Shown: one piece after another, positions 1 through 8,370 of the stretch
Layout: the number at the start of each line of letters is the position of its first letter
Numbering within the stretch: the stretch's first letter is position 1
Assembly (NCBI GenBank): GCA_035513055.1
Contig: DATKCT010000149.1
Coordinates: 63,845-127,844, forward strand
Length of the DNA: 64,000 nucleotides
Source: Verrucomicrobiales bacterium
GTDB lineage: Bacteria; Verrucomicrobiota; Verrucomicrobiia; Verrucomicrobiales; DEV007
Direction: 5' to 3'
Translations under genes and position numbers: made by a program
Notes under the pieces: generated by a model
What the model saw: the letters and a program-made list of their open reading frames with translations, nothing else
The model's database searches: none
What the model was told of the DNA's origin: nothing

Positions 1-589
1 ACCATCAGCTCGCCGGGCGGATCGAGCGCTTGCCGAAGAAGGCGGGCGAAGGTCCCTTTGGGAACCGAGGCTTTATCGGCTGGCGCCGGCAGCCCCCCTT
101 CGGCCACGTGGAAAACGCCCTCGGTGGTCCGCCGGTCAGCGCGGGGGTTGTGGCACACGCCCTGGTCGACGCGATACGAGCTGAGAATAGACGACTGAAA
201 CTCATCCCGGTCAGGTGGCAGCGAAAGCATGCGCCCGATTCCGTGACGTTCGAGCACGATCGCCGAAGCGGGCACGAGCGCTGCGGCTGGATCCGGAAAA
301 ACTTCGGCGATCAACTCCTCGCCCAGGTAATCGCGTAGAAACGCATCCGTGGCTGCATCGGCCGGGCAGAGGTGATCGGCGAGCAGGCGGCTCTGTTCCT
401 GGAACTTGGCGAGCAGTGAACGCCCGAGGTCGAGGAAGGGAAAGTCACGCTCATCGCCGACGATGGCATGGCCGCGCGCCGCCAGTTTGAGATTGACGAA
501 CTCGCGCAATCGCGTCACCTCGGCGGGCGAAGCGATGGCAGGCTTCCCTTCGGCGGTGAAGCCGATCTGATCGCGGAGGTCGGGCATAA
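1..589 (-). CDS. Conserved hypothetical protein, N-terminal ~196 codons; the gene runs off the left edge of the window
   Basis: My hand translation of the reverse strand from the ATG at 589-587 gives MPDLRDQIGFTAEGKPAIASPAEVTRLREFVNLKLAARGH...SSYRVDQGVCHNPRADRRTTEGVFHVAEGG... with no stop down to base 1. It is absent from the ORF track because no stop lies in the window. Composition is protein-like. I cannot name the family with confidence. Confidence 0.55.
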
Positions 590-856
590 GGACACCGTGC
601 GGGAGGTGCGCGATGAGAGCAAGAGACGTGCCGGAACCGGGGCGCTGGACCCCTAATCCCTGGACGCGACGTCCTTCAAATCAGTTTCTCGACCTCGACT
701 CGGACATCACCCGGCGCAACGCGGCGATGCAACTCCCTTGAAATCCCGCGAGGAAAACCAGAATGCCTTGTCCTGCTGTAGTCATCACTTTTCAATAGAC
801 GTTTGTCGACTGTCAACCCAAAGAACGCTCCTCCTTCCGCTACAGGAAAGCATATG

Positions 857-1939
857 TCAGTGTCGAGACACGGGCGGGGTCGCCGGCGCCTCCGGAACTG
901 CAGTCGCCGGTTTTTCTGAATCGATCGGCTCGAGAGGAGGCTCCAGTGGGTCCGCGCTCTCCCCTTCGTAAAGCCGGGCCAGGGCCAGGGCGACTACTTC
1001 GAGCCTCTCGTAATAGCGCTCTTCCGCGAGATCCTTCTTGGAACGGCGCAGAGCGAAGAGATCGCGTTCGAGCTTGTTGCGTTGGAGCCGCAGCTCTGGG
1101 GAAAGCCCGCGTTCCTCTTCACTCGGAATGAGGGCCCATTGCGAGGCGCCAAGCCCGTCCAGTTCGCCGGTCCCTTCTTCGCCCTCGACGTGCACTTCCC
1201 ACAGAGCTTCGCCGGTACTGCCGCGCCCGTCGCCGTTGTCATCGAGCAACGCTTGCTCGGTAGCGATGCGCCCCTCGCGGGAGTAGAAATCTTGCGTGTG
1301 GCGCGAGCCGGTGAGGAACGCTTCGAGCAAGGTGACCTGCCCGTCGTTGTCCAGATCGGCTTCGCCGCCGGCCCAGCAGCCGGCCAAAAAGAGCCCGAAA
1401 CGAGAGTAATCGACCTCGAGCCCGCTTTTCGTGGCGGTGATGAGGATGCGCTCGGGAGCGGAGAGGGCCGAGATCCAGGGGCCGCTGCAAGAGCTGCCAT
1501 TGATGAGGATGAGCGGGCGTCGAAAACGGGAGAGTAGGGGAGCGAGTTCGGCGGCGTCGAGATCGGGACCTTCGAGGTTCAGCCGGGCATCCCGGCCATT
1601 GTGGGTGCCATGACCGGCGAGCACAATCCAAAGAGGGGACGGCGACTCGGCATCACGCTCGCCTAGCAGTTGAACGAAGCGGTCGCGTTGGTCTTCGCTG
1701 TCGGGGAGAACTTCAAAAAATGCCGCTCCGCCTGCGAGCGCCGCTTCTTTCCAAAGCCTGGCGGTTTCGCGAAAGGGCTCTTCGAATTCGGGTTCACCGG
1801 CGCGACCGCGGAGGAAGAGGATTTCGCCGTCGGCGAAAGTCGAATCCATCAGGCAAGCTGCAACGAGGAAGCCGGCAGCGCTCGCAGATCGACATGAGGA
1901 GCGGTTCACGGAACTCCTTTCCAGCGGCGAATTCCCCAT
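857..1939 (-). CDS. Putative lipoprotein with a clan-CD (caspase/legumain-like) His-Cys dyad domain; last gene of the Bat-like operon
   Basis: 360-aa ORF. The N-terminus has basic residues followed by AAGFLVAAC, which looks like a lipobox. PLWIVLAGHGTHNG (hydrophobic strand + HG) is followed about 40 aa later by PLILINGSSCSG (hydrophobic strand + C). Two DxDxDG-like loops are present (DLDNDGQVT, LDDNGDGRGS). The ORF overlaps the upstream gene end by 34 nt. Confidence 0.6.
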   Translation of the reverse strand: MGNSPLERSSVNRSSCRSASAAGFLVAACLMDSTFADGEILFLRGRAGEPEFEEPFRETARLWKEAALAGGAAFFEVLPDSEDQRDRFVQLLGERDAESPSPLWIVLAGHGTHNGRDARLNLEGPDLDAAELAPLLSRFRRPLILINGSSCSGPWISALSAPERILITATKSGLEVDYSRFGLFLAGCWAGGEADLDNDGQVTLLEAFLTGSRHTQDFYSREGRIATEQALLDDNGDGRGSTGEALWEVHVEGEEGTGELDGLGASQWALIPSEEERGLSPELRLQRNKLERDLFALRRSKKDLAEERYYERLEVVALALARLYEGESADPLEPPLEPIDSEKPATAVPEAPATPPVSRH

Positions 1940-4284
1940 TCTCCCACGAAAGCCCCGATGGCCAGAAGGAGGAAGACGGGGAGATGCCAGATCGGCCTAA
2001 CAACGGTTTCCATCACCGGCGCTTCACGGGTGGAAAGGCTGTCGACCAGTTGACCCAGGTCCTTCTCCACGACGACGGTCCCGCTCGTTTCTGAAGCGAG
2101 CCGTTCGAGCGCGGCAGCGTCGCCGCCGGGCCGCGATAATTCTTCCGCGCCGGGGTTGAAGGCCCAGCCGGCTTCCGCGTCGCCAATGACGCGGGAGTCT
2201 TGGGTTTGCGCTTCGGCCTTGGCGCGGTAGATCCCCGGTTCGTAGCAAATGTGCGAGCCCTGGAAGACCCCCGGAGCGTCCGGCGCGGGCTCGAGCGCGA
2301 TCTCGTCCACATCCCCTGAGGGACGCGTCAGGACGAGCCGGACGCGGGCGTCGGAGTCCTTCCGGTACTCCTCGTCATGCACCGTGACCCGCATGGAAGC
2401 GATGGCCGGAAAGCGTCCGTCATCGAGCGAGTTCTCGACCTCGACCCGGCGCGGGGCGTCGACAACGAGCCATCGGACGAGTTGGCGCCAAAAGCGGTCC
2501 ATGTCCGGCCGTTGTTCCGGATCACGGAAGCCCCAGCGCCAGATATCGCCGATGCCGATGGCGACGCTGCGGCCACGGCCGTACGACTGGCTGACCAGGG
2601 CCGGGTAGCTGTGGCCGTCGTTTCCGCGAAAGTGACCCACGAGGCTGGCCCCCGGCTTGGGCAGGCCGAGGCGATTGACGACGAGAAAGCCGGGCATCCG
2701 GTCGAGACGCTCTTGTTCTGCGCCTGCGTCCAGCCGCAGCCGCGCCCAGGGGGAAACCAGGCCTTCGCGCGTGAGTTCGTAGGGCGCTCCGGAATCCGGC
2801 AACGCCCGGCCCGGCGGATTGAGGTAGACGGGAAGGAGCGCTTCCAGAGGGCCTCCGGCATAACCGCCGCGCTGGAATGACTCCAACCCGCCGAGCATGA
2901 CCAGTCCGCCGCCGCGCCGCGAAACGAAGCGTTCGATGGCCTCCAACTGGTCGAAGGTGAAGAAAGCCGATTCGATGTCGTCGAGCACAAGCGCGCTGTA
3001 GGCGAAAAGGTCCGGGTCTTTGGTGGGGAATCCTCCCGCGAGTTCTGTCTCGTCGCGCGTATCCTGTCGGACCAAGACCGGCTGGTCGTAGTCGCCGGTT
3101 TCCTCGGGGTCTTTGCCGAATCCGCGGAAGAGCGGATTGGTCTGTTCGCCGTCCCGGCTTTTCCATACGAACTTCGGCTCGCGCCGGGCGATGCGAATGA
3201 GGGCGGCGAGTTGCAGTTCCTTATCTTCCAGCAAAGCGCGGCGCAGAAACTTGTATTCCCAGTTAGGACGCCCCGTCACGTAGAGGACTTGATAGGGACC
3301 GGTGCGAAGATCGGCGACGGCGAAGAGCCGGTTGTTCTCCAAAGTTAGCTCCGAGTTCGCGACGGATCCCCCGGCCTCCGTTCCCTCTTGGGCGGGGCTG
3401 GAACCTAGGACGATCTCGACACGAAACCCGGTGATGCCCCGGGACTCGGGCTTCACTTGGACATGCACCGTTTCCTTGTGAACCGGGCCCCCGGCAGTGA
3501 TCCGGCGGCTCTCCAAGAGGCGGTCGGATTCGTCGAGGAAGCGCAGCTCAGCTTCGCGCCCCTCTTCACAGCCTAGCAGTACGGCGTCGGCGCCCAGAGT
3601 CACCGGCGCGTCTTCAAACGCGCTTTCCCGGACCGAGACGCCGGTGAGCGCCGCGTCGGGACGAAGCGGTTCCCCTCCGGTGAAGATCGTGTGCACGGGG
3701 AAACCCGGAGGCCAGGGGAGGTCCCCCCTCCCGCCGGTCAAAGCGCCGTCGCTCAACACCAGCGCGCCGGCCAGGGGTTGCCCTTCGTAGCGGCGGCGGA
3801 TCTCGTCCAAAGCCTGGCCCAGGGAACTGCTGCGGTCGGCGAACTCGAGTTCGCCGGGCTCGCGATAGCGGCGAAGACGCTCGCCGAAAGCGAAGCCATG
3901 CACCTTGAACTGGGTTTCGAGGCGGTCGAGCCACTCCGGCTTTAGTGTGGTTCCCAGGGATTCGCGCAGGGCATCCGCTCTCCCGGTTTCCTCGGAATCC
4001 AAGGGAAGCGCCATACTGCGGCTGGAGTCGACGAGAAGGGCGAAGATGTTGGCTCCGGCCACAGGCCGGCGTCTCGGCAGCAGGGGTTCGAGCAGACAGA
4101 AAACGAGGAGAGCGATGCCCGTGAACTTGAGCACCAGCGCGGGCCAGCGCCAGCCGCCGAGTTCCTTTAGGCGCAGGGTGGTCCAGGCCAGAAAGCCGAG
4201 GGCCACGATCCCAAAGCCGGCGATCCACGGCGCATGCCGCGCGCTCTCGAAGAGCAACGTTGGAATGGAATCGCCGCTTCCCAC
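1906..4284 (-). CDS. Large membrane-anchored protein of the Bat/MoxR operon (N-terminal TM helices, VWA-like/amidotransferase-like fold suspected)
   Basis: 792-aa ORF with N-terminal hydrophobic segments (WIAGFGIVALGFLAWTT, ALVLKFTGIALLVFCLLEPLL) followed by ALLVDSSRSM, a VWA-like start. It begins 6 nt after the stop of the upstream gene, on the same strand. The family assignment is inferred from operon context. Confidence 0.65.
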   Translation of the reverse strand: MGSGDSIPTLLFESARHAPWIAGFGIVALGFLAWTTLRLKELGGWRWPALVLKFTGIALLVFCLLEPLLPRRRPVAGANIFALLVDSSRSMALPLDSEETGRADALRESLGTTLKPEWLDRLETQFKVHGFAFGERLRRYREPGELEFADRSSSLGQALDEIRRRYEGQPLAGALVLSDGALTGGRGDLPWPPGFPVHTIFTGGEPLRPDAALTGVSVRESAFEDAPVTLGADAVLLGCEEGREAELRFLDESDRLLESRRITAGGPVHKETVHVQVKPESRGITGFRVEIVLGSSPAQEGTEAGGSVANSELTLENNRLFAVADLRTGPYQVLYVTGRPNWEYKFLRRALLEDKELQLAALIRIARREPKFVWKSRDGEQTNPLFRGFGKDPEETGDYDQPVLVRQDTRDETELAGGFPTKDPDLFAYSALVLDDIESAFFTFDQLEAIERFVSRRGGGLVMLGGLESFQRGGYAGGPLEALLPVYLNPPGRALPDSGAPYELTREGLVSPWARLRLDAGAEQERLDRMPGFLVVNRLGLPKPGASLVGHFRGNDGHSYPALVSQSYGRGRSVAIGIGDIWRWGFRDPEQRPDMDRFWRQLVRWLVVDAPRRVEVENSLDDGRFPAIASMRVTVHDEEYRKDSDARVRLVLTRPSGDVDEIALEPAPDAPGVFQGSHICYEPGIYRAKAEAQTQDSRVIGDAEAGWAFNPGAEELSRPGGDAAALERLASETSGTVVVEKDLGQLVDSLSTREAPVMETVVRPIWHLPVFLLLAIGAFVGEWGIRRWKGVP

Positions 4285-4289
4285 GCCCG

Positions 4290-7200
4290 TTATTCCTCCC
4301 CGTCCCGGCTCAACGAACCGTAATAGCGCTCGACCAGTTCGGCGAAAGCTTCCGGAACCGGATCGCGGTCGACGGGCAGGAGCTTGTTTTCTTCGCCGCC
4401 TTGCAGGAAGCGCAACTCCTGGTCAAGGGCGTCGCGCAGTTCGGTTAGCGGCCCCAGGACCTGGCTTTGGGCCAGGTCCCATTCCGGCAGACCGCTCCCG
4501 CGCTTGGCTTCGACGAGGAAGTCCCGAAGCCTTCCCCGCGCCCGGGAAACGGGGTCTCGCAGGCGTTCGTCGTCGAGAACGTCTTCCAGTTCGCCCAGTT
4601 GGCGGCGCCACTCGCGAAACTCATCTCCCCCGCCCCAGCCCGAGATCCGCGATCCGCCGCCGCCATCCGCGCCGCCGGCTAACTGACCTCTGCGGTCCCC
4701 TCCTTCAGCGTCCTCACGGGGCTGCCCGGAATCCGCGGATTCACCGTCTCCATTCTGACCGCGGCCTTGTCCTCCTCCCTGTCCTTGAGCTTGGCCCGGG
4801 TCCTGTCCTTGCGCTCCGCCTTCGGCCTCCGCCATTTCCTGGCCTTCACCTTCTCCCCGGCCTTCGCCGGGTTGTTGACCCCGGCCTTGCCCTAGACCCT
4901 CGCCTTCCGCTTCCTCCTCTCCGGCGTCCGCGAGCTGCCCTTCGCCCTCCTCAGATTCCGCAGCGGCGTCTCGAGCGCCGCCCTGCCCCGGTCCGGTCTG
5001 GCCTTCCTCTCCGGACTCTCCGGCCTCACCTTGCTGCCCGCGCCCTTGACCGTTGCGGCCTTGCCCTTGAGAGGGTTCGCCGGGAGTCTGCTGTCGTCCT
5101 CCGTTTCCGGCAAGGTCAGAGCCGGCGTCTTCTCCCTCTTCACCGGATTCCTGGCCGGGCTGTTGACCGGAACCTTCCCCGGGTTGACCTGAGCGGCCTT
5201 CTCCTTCCCCGGGCGACTCGGCGGCGCCTCCTCGGCCGGCATTCTCCGCGAGTTCCGCATTCTCCTCGCCTCCAGATCCTTCACCTGGTTCGCCGGATTC
5301 CCCCGCAGTCTCGCCGTTTCCTTCGGAAGGCGAATCCTCGGCAGAGGCTTCGCCATCCGGCCCGGATTGACCTTCCTGACCGGCCCCCTCGGGCATATCG
5401 CGCTGCATGTCTTCGAGGACGCCGGCGAGCTGCTCGCTGGCAAAACGCAGCGACTCCTCCTCGTTCCCAAGAATGGAGCGGGCGGCTTCTTCGATGCCGC
5501 GGGTCAGCGTGTCGACCCTCCCCGTGGCGTCGCGCAGGGAGGTGCGGGCATCGGCCATGTCGCCGGATTCCACATCGGAGGCAGACTGTTCGAGCTGCTC
5601 GAGAGCCGTCTCGGGCTTGGCTTCACGAATAGCGTCGTAGAGCCGGTTGGAGAGAAGCGGCTCCGCGACCTCCGCAGTCTCCGAGAGTTCACGCATGGAT
5701 TCGGCAACCTCGGCAATGCGACCCCTTTGCTGGCGCATGTCGTCAGGCAGACCCTCGAGCCCCGGTTGCGCTTCCTGCGTGTCGGAGAGCGAGCGCCGTT
5801 CCCGGCGCGGCATGGCTTCGTCGGTGCCTTCGACGAGGCGCCGCCCCAGCTCTTCCTGCTGAGTGCTCATTTCCCGCGCTTCCCGCCGGAGATCCCGGAC
5901 TTCCTGCTCGAACGCGCTGGCGACCTGTCCTCGGAGGTCGTCCTCGGCTTCGCCCAACTGTTCTTCGGCCCGGCCTGCGGCGGCCGCAGCGGCGGCGGCA
6001 TCGCCTTCCCGCAGAGCGGCATCAGCTTCTCGCAGTTGCTCACCCGCTTGATCGAGTTGCCGGCGGGTATCGGCCATCTCACGTTCCTGATCCGGGTTGC
6101 GGAGGTCCTCCCGCATGCGATTGAGATCGCGGGCGATCTCGCGCTGGTCTTCCTGGAGTCTTGCGAGGCGGCGCCGGACCTCTTCCCTTTCTTCCTCGGT
6201 TTCGGCCATCTCGAGGGCGATCTGGGCTTCGCGAATCCGGTCGTTGAGCGTTTCTTGACGGCGGGCTAACTGCTTAAGCCGGTCCAGGAACTGAAGTTCT
6301 TCCCGGTTCTCGGCGCGTTGTTGGGCAGCTTCCTCCCTTCGCGCTTCGCGTTCCGTTTCATAACGCCGTTCCTCCTGAGTCAACGGCATCTGATCGATCT
6401 GCATCTGTTGGCGGCTGCGGCTGGAGGACGCGCTCGCGGGCGCCGGGGCATTGGATCTGCTGACCTCAATGCTTCGGGCGCGGAGGCGAAGGAGTTCTTG
6501 GTAGGCGAGACGTTCGTGACGGAGGGCGGGCTGAAGCGGCCCGGCTTCTCCGGATTCCACGCTGCGGTCCAGCTCTTCGGCGGCGGATTCCATGGCCGCC
6601 ACAGCGGCGTCGACATGCTCGAGTGCTTGAGCGTCCTGGGTTTGGCCGCGCAAGGCTCCAGCTTGACCGATGGCGTGACGCTGGGCTCCGGCAACGGTCT
6701 GGCCATCGGCACGAATCCTGTCCGCATCGGGATTGGCACGCGCCAGATTCCAAGTCGCGCTGATGATCTCTTTCTGCAATTTGATAAGCTCTTCTTCCTG
6801 CTGCGCTTGTCCGGCCTGCTGACCGGCGGGATTCATCCGCTCGCGATAGATGCGCTCGAACGGGCGGACCTCCGCGAAATAGAGATCGCTGTCGGTGCGC
6901 CGGACCGCTCCGTTCCGATCGGTGTCTTCGGCCCAGAAAGAATAACTGACCAGATCATCGGGCTGGGCGCCGAGAATTTCCAGAGCGAGGTGGTGAGTGG
7001 CCGTCAATTGACGGGGCGGTTCTTCCTGGGCTCCTCCGAGGGCAACTTCTTCGGTGCGCTCGCCGAGCGTCCAGGTAATGCCGTGGCGAAGCACGCCAAA
7101 ATCGTCTTCGATCTCGGCTTCGAGGCGCAGTTCCTCAAGAGGGGAGACTTCGGAATCGCCGCGAGGAAAGCGCATCGTGATCTGGGGCGGCTTATTCTCG

Positions 7201-8366
7201 AGGACGATCAATTCCAGCTCCGGGGGATTGCGATTGGTCCGGCCGTCTGCGTCCTCGAGGACGACGCGATAACGGACTGCCTCCAGGGCGGTGAGCGCGA
7301 GGCGATACACGAGGGGATTCCCGGCGTCGCGGACCGCCTCCAAGGGCTCGCCTTCGGCGGGCTCCAAGCGCGCGCTGCGGACTTCCTTATTGAGCTGGAA
7401 GGTGTAACTCACGCTAGAGTCCTGCAAGGCGTGAACCCTGTAGGCGTCCTCAACCAGGCGTTCGGCGAGCCCGGTGTGCGCGGGTGGTTGGATCAAAGCT
7501 GTGAGGTCTTCGATGCGGGGCAGATCGTAGACTTTGACTTGGTAGAACCGGGAGGCGCCGTCCTCAAACCGGACTTGGTAGACGAGATCGCCCGGGACGT
7601 TAGGAATGACACCGGCGAAAACGGGGTCGCCGAGGTTTTTGACCAGGGGAAGGGCTTGGAGTTCCTCTGCGCTCGGGCCGAAGGCCAACGCGGCGGCTCC
7701 AGGCCGGGCTTGGCCGAAGCGCGCGCTAACGGGCAGCCGCGAGCCGCGTTCCACTTCGACGTCGCCCGGATCCACGGCCACATCCAGGGCCTCCTCGACA
7801 TCCACCTCGCCGAAGGCTCCGGCTCCGGCGACAGGCAAGGGGTAAGCGGGCCCCGGCGCCAGGATCCGGCTGATTCCCACAATGCCCAGCGCGGCAAAGA
7901 GCCCAAAGGCCGCATGCCGTCCCAAGCGACGGAAGCGCTCGGCGCGGATGAGCTTGTCATCCGGAACCATCTCGATCCAGCCATGCTGAAGGGCGCGGTC
8001 GAGAGCCTCTTGGATCACTCGCTCCTGAAGGAATGTCAGGGCCCCGCCCGAAGAAGCATGTTGTTCGACGGCGGTTCGGAGGAGGGCTTGGAGTTCGGGA
8101 TGGAGCTCCTCCAAGCGCATCGCCACGGTAGCCGGAGTGAAATCCAAAGAACGGCTTCTGGCGATCAGGCAGGGAATGATCAGGGTTAAAGCCAGACCGC
8201 CGAGGACGGCGAGCCAGGAAAAGACGCCCGCGCCCACGGCGAGCAGGATCATCACGGCGGCGGCCGCGGCGGCCAACCAAAGGGCGATGCCCTGCCAGCG
8301 CGCCTCGCGCAATGTGGCCTCGCGCTCCCCGATGCGGTTGAAGAGTTCTTTGATGACACGTTCCAT
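4290..8366 (-). CDS. Very large membrane-anchored coiled-coil protein with an acidic G/E/Q/P low-complexity tract (Bat-like operon)
   Basis: 1358-aa ORF. N-terminal TM helices (GIALWLAAAAAAVMILLAVGAGVFSWLAVLGGLALTLIIPCLI). Long charged heptad-like stretch (EERRYETEREARREEAAQQRAENREELQFLDRLKQLARRQ...). A G/E/Q/S-rich tract of about 250 aa. Starts 5 nt after the stop of the upstream BatA-like gene. Confidence 0.75.
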   Translation of the reverse strand: MERVIKELFNRIGEREATLREARWQGIALWLAAAAAAVMILLAVGAGVFSWLAVLGGLALTLIIPCLIARSRSLDFTPATVAMRLEELHPELQALLRTAVEQHASSGGALTFLQERVIQEALDRALQHGWIEMVPDDKLIRAERFRRLGRHAAFGLFAALGIVGISRILAPGPAYPLPVAGAGAFGEVDVEEALDVAVDPGDVEVERGSRLPVSARFGQARPGAAALAFGPSAEELQALPLVKNLGDPVFAGVIPNVPGDLVYQVRFEDGASRFYQVKVYDLPRIEDLTALIQPPAHTGLAERLVEDAYRVHALQDSSVSYTFQLNKEVRSARLEPAEGEPLEAVRDAGNPLVYRLALTALEAVRYRVVLEDADGRTNRNPPELELIVLENKPPQITMRFPRGDSEVSPLEELRLEAEIEDDFGVLRHGITWTLGERTEEVALGGAQEEPPRQLTATHHLALEILGAQPDDLVSYSFWAEDTDRNGAVRRTDSDLYFAEVRPFERIYRERMNPAGQQAGQAQQEEELIKLQKEIISATWNLARANPDADRIRADGQTVAGAQRHAIGQAGALRGQTQDAQALEHVDAAVAAMESAAEELDRSVESGEAGPLQPALRHERLAYQELLRLRARSIEVSRSNAPAPASASSSRSRQQMQIDQMPLTQEERRYETEREARREEAAQQRAENREELQFLDRLKQLARRQETLNDRIREAQIALEMAETEEEREEVRRRLARLQEDQREIARDLNRMREDLRNPDQEREMADTRRQLDQAGEQLREADAALREGDAAAAAAAAGRAEEQLGEAEDDLRGQVASAFEQEVRDLRREAREMSTQQEELGRRLVEGTDEAMPRRERRSLSDTQEAQPGLEGLPDDMRQQRGRIAEVAESMRELSETAEVAEPLLSNRLYDAIREAKPETALEQLEQSASDVESGDMADARTSLRDATGRVDTLTRGIEEAARSILGNEEESLRFASEQLAGVLEDMQRDMPEGAGQEGQSGPDGEASAEDSPSEGNGETAGESGEPGEGSGGEENAELAENAGRGGAAESPGEGEGRSGQPGEGSGQQPGQESGEEGEDAGSDLAGNGGRQQTPGEPSQGQGRNGQGRGQQGEAGESGEEGQTGPGQGGARDAAAESEEGEGQLADAGEEEAEGEGLGQGRGQQPGEGRGEGEGQEMAEAEGGAQGQDPGQAQGQGGGQGRGQNGDGESADSGQPREDAEGGDRRGQLAGGADGGGGSRISGWGGGDEFREWRRQLGELEDVLDDERLRDPVSRARGRLRDFLVEAKRGSGLPEWDLAQSQVLGPLTELRDALDQELRFLQGGEENKLLPVDRDPVPEAFAELVERYYGSLSRDGEE

Positions 8367-8370
8367 AGTC

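Noticed and set aside
3905-8189. Large plus-strand ORFs 3905-5632 (575 aa) and 6318-8189 (623 aa)
   Set aside because: Both are antisense to the 792-aa and 1358-aa Bat-operon genes. Their translations are dominated by Arg/Pro/Gly/Leu runs that mirror the acidic repeats on the true strand.
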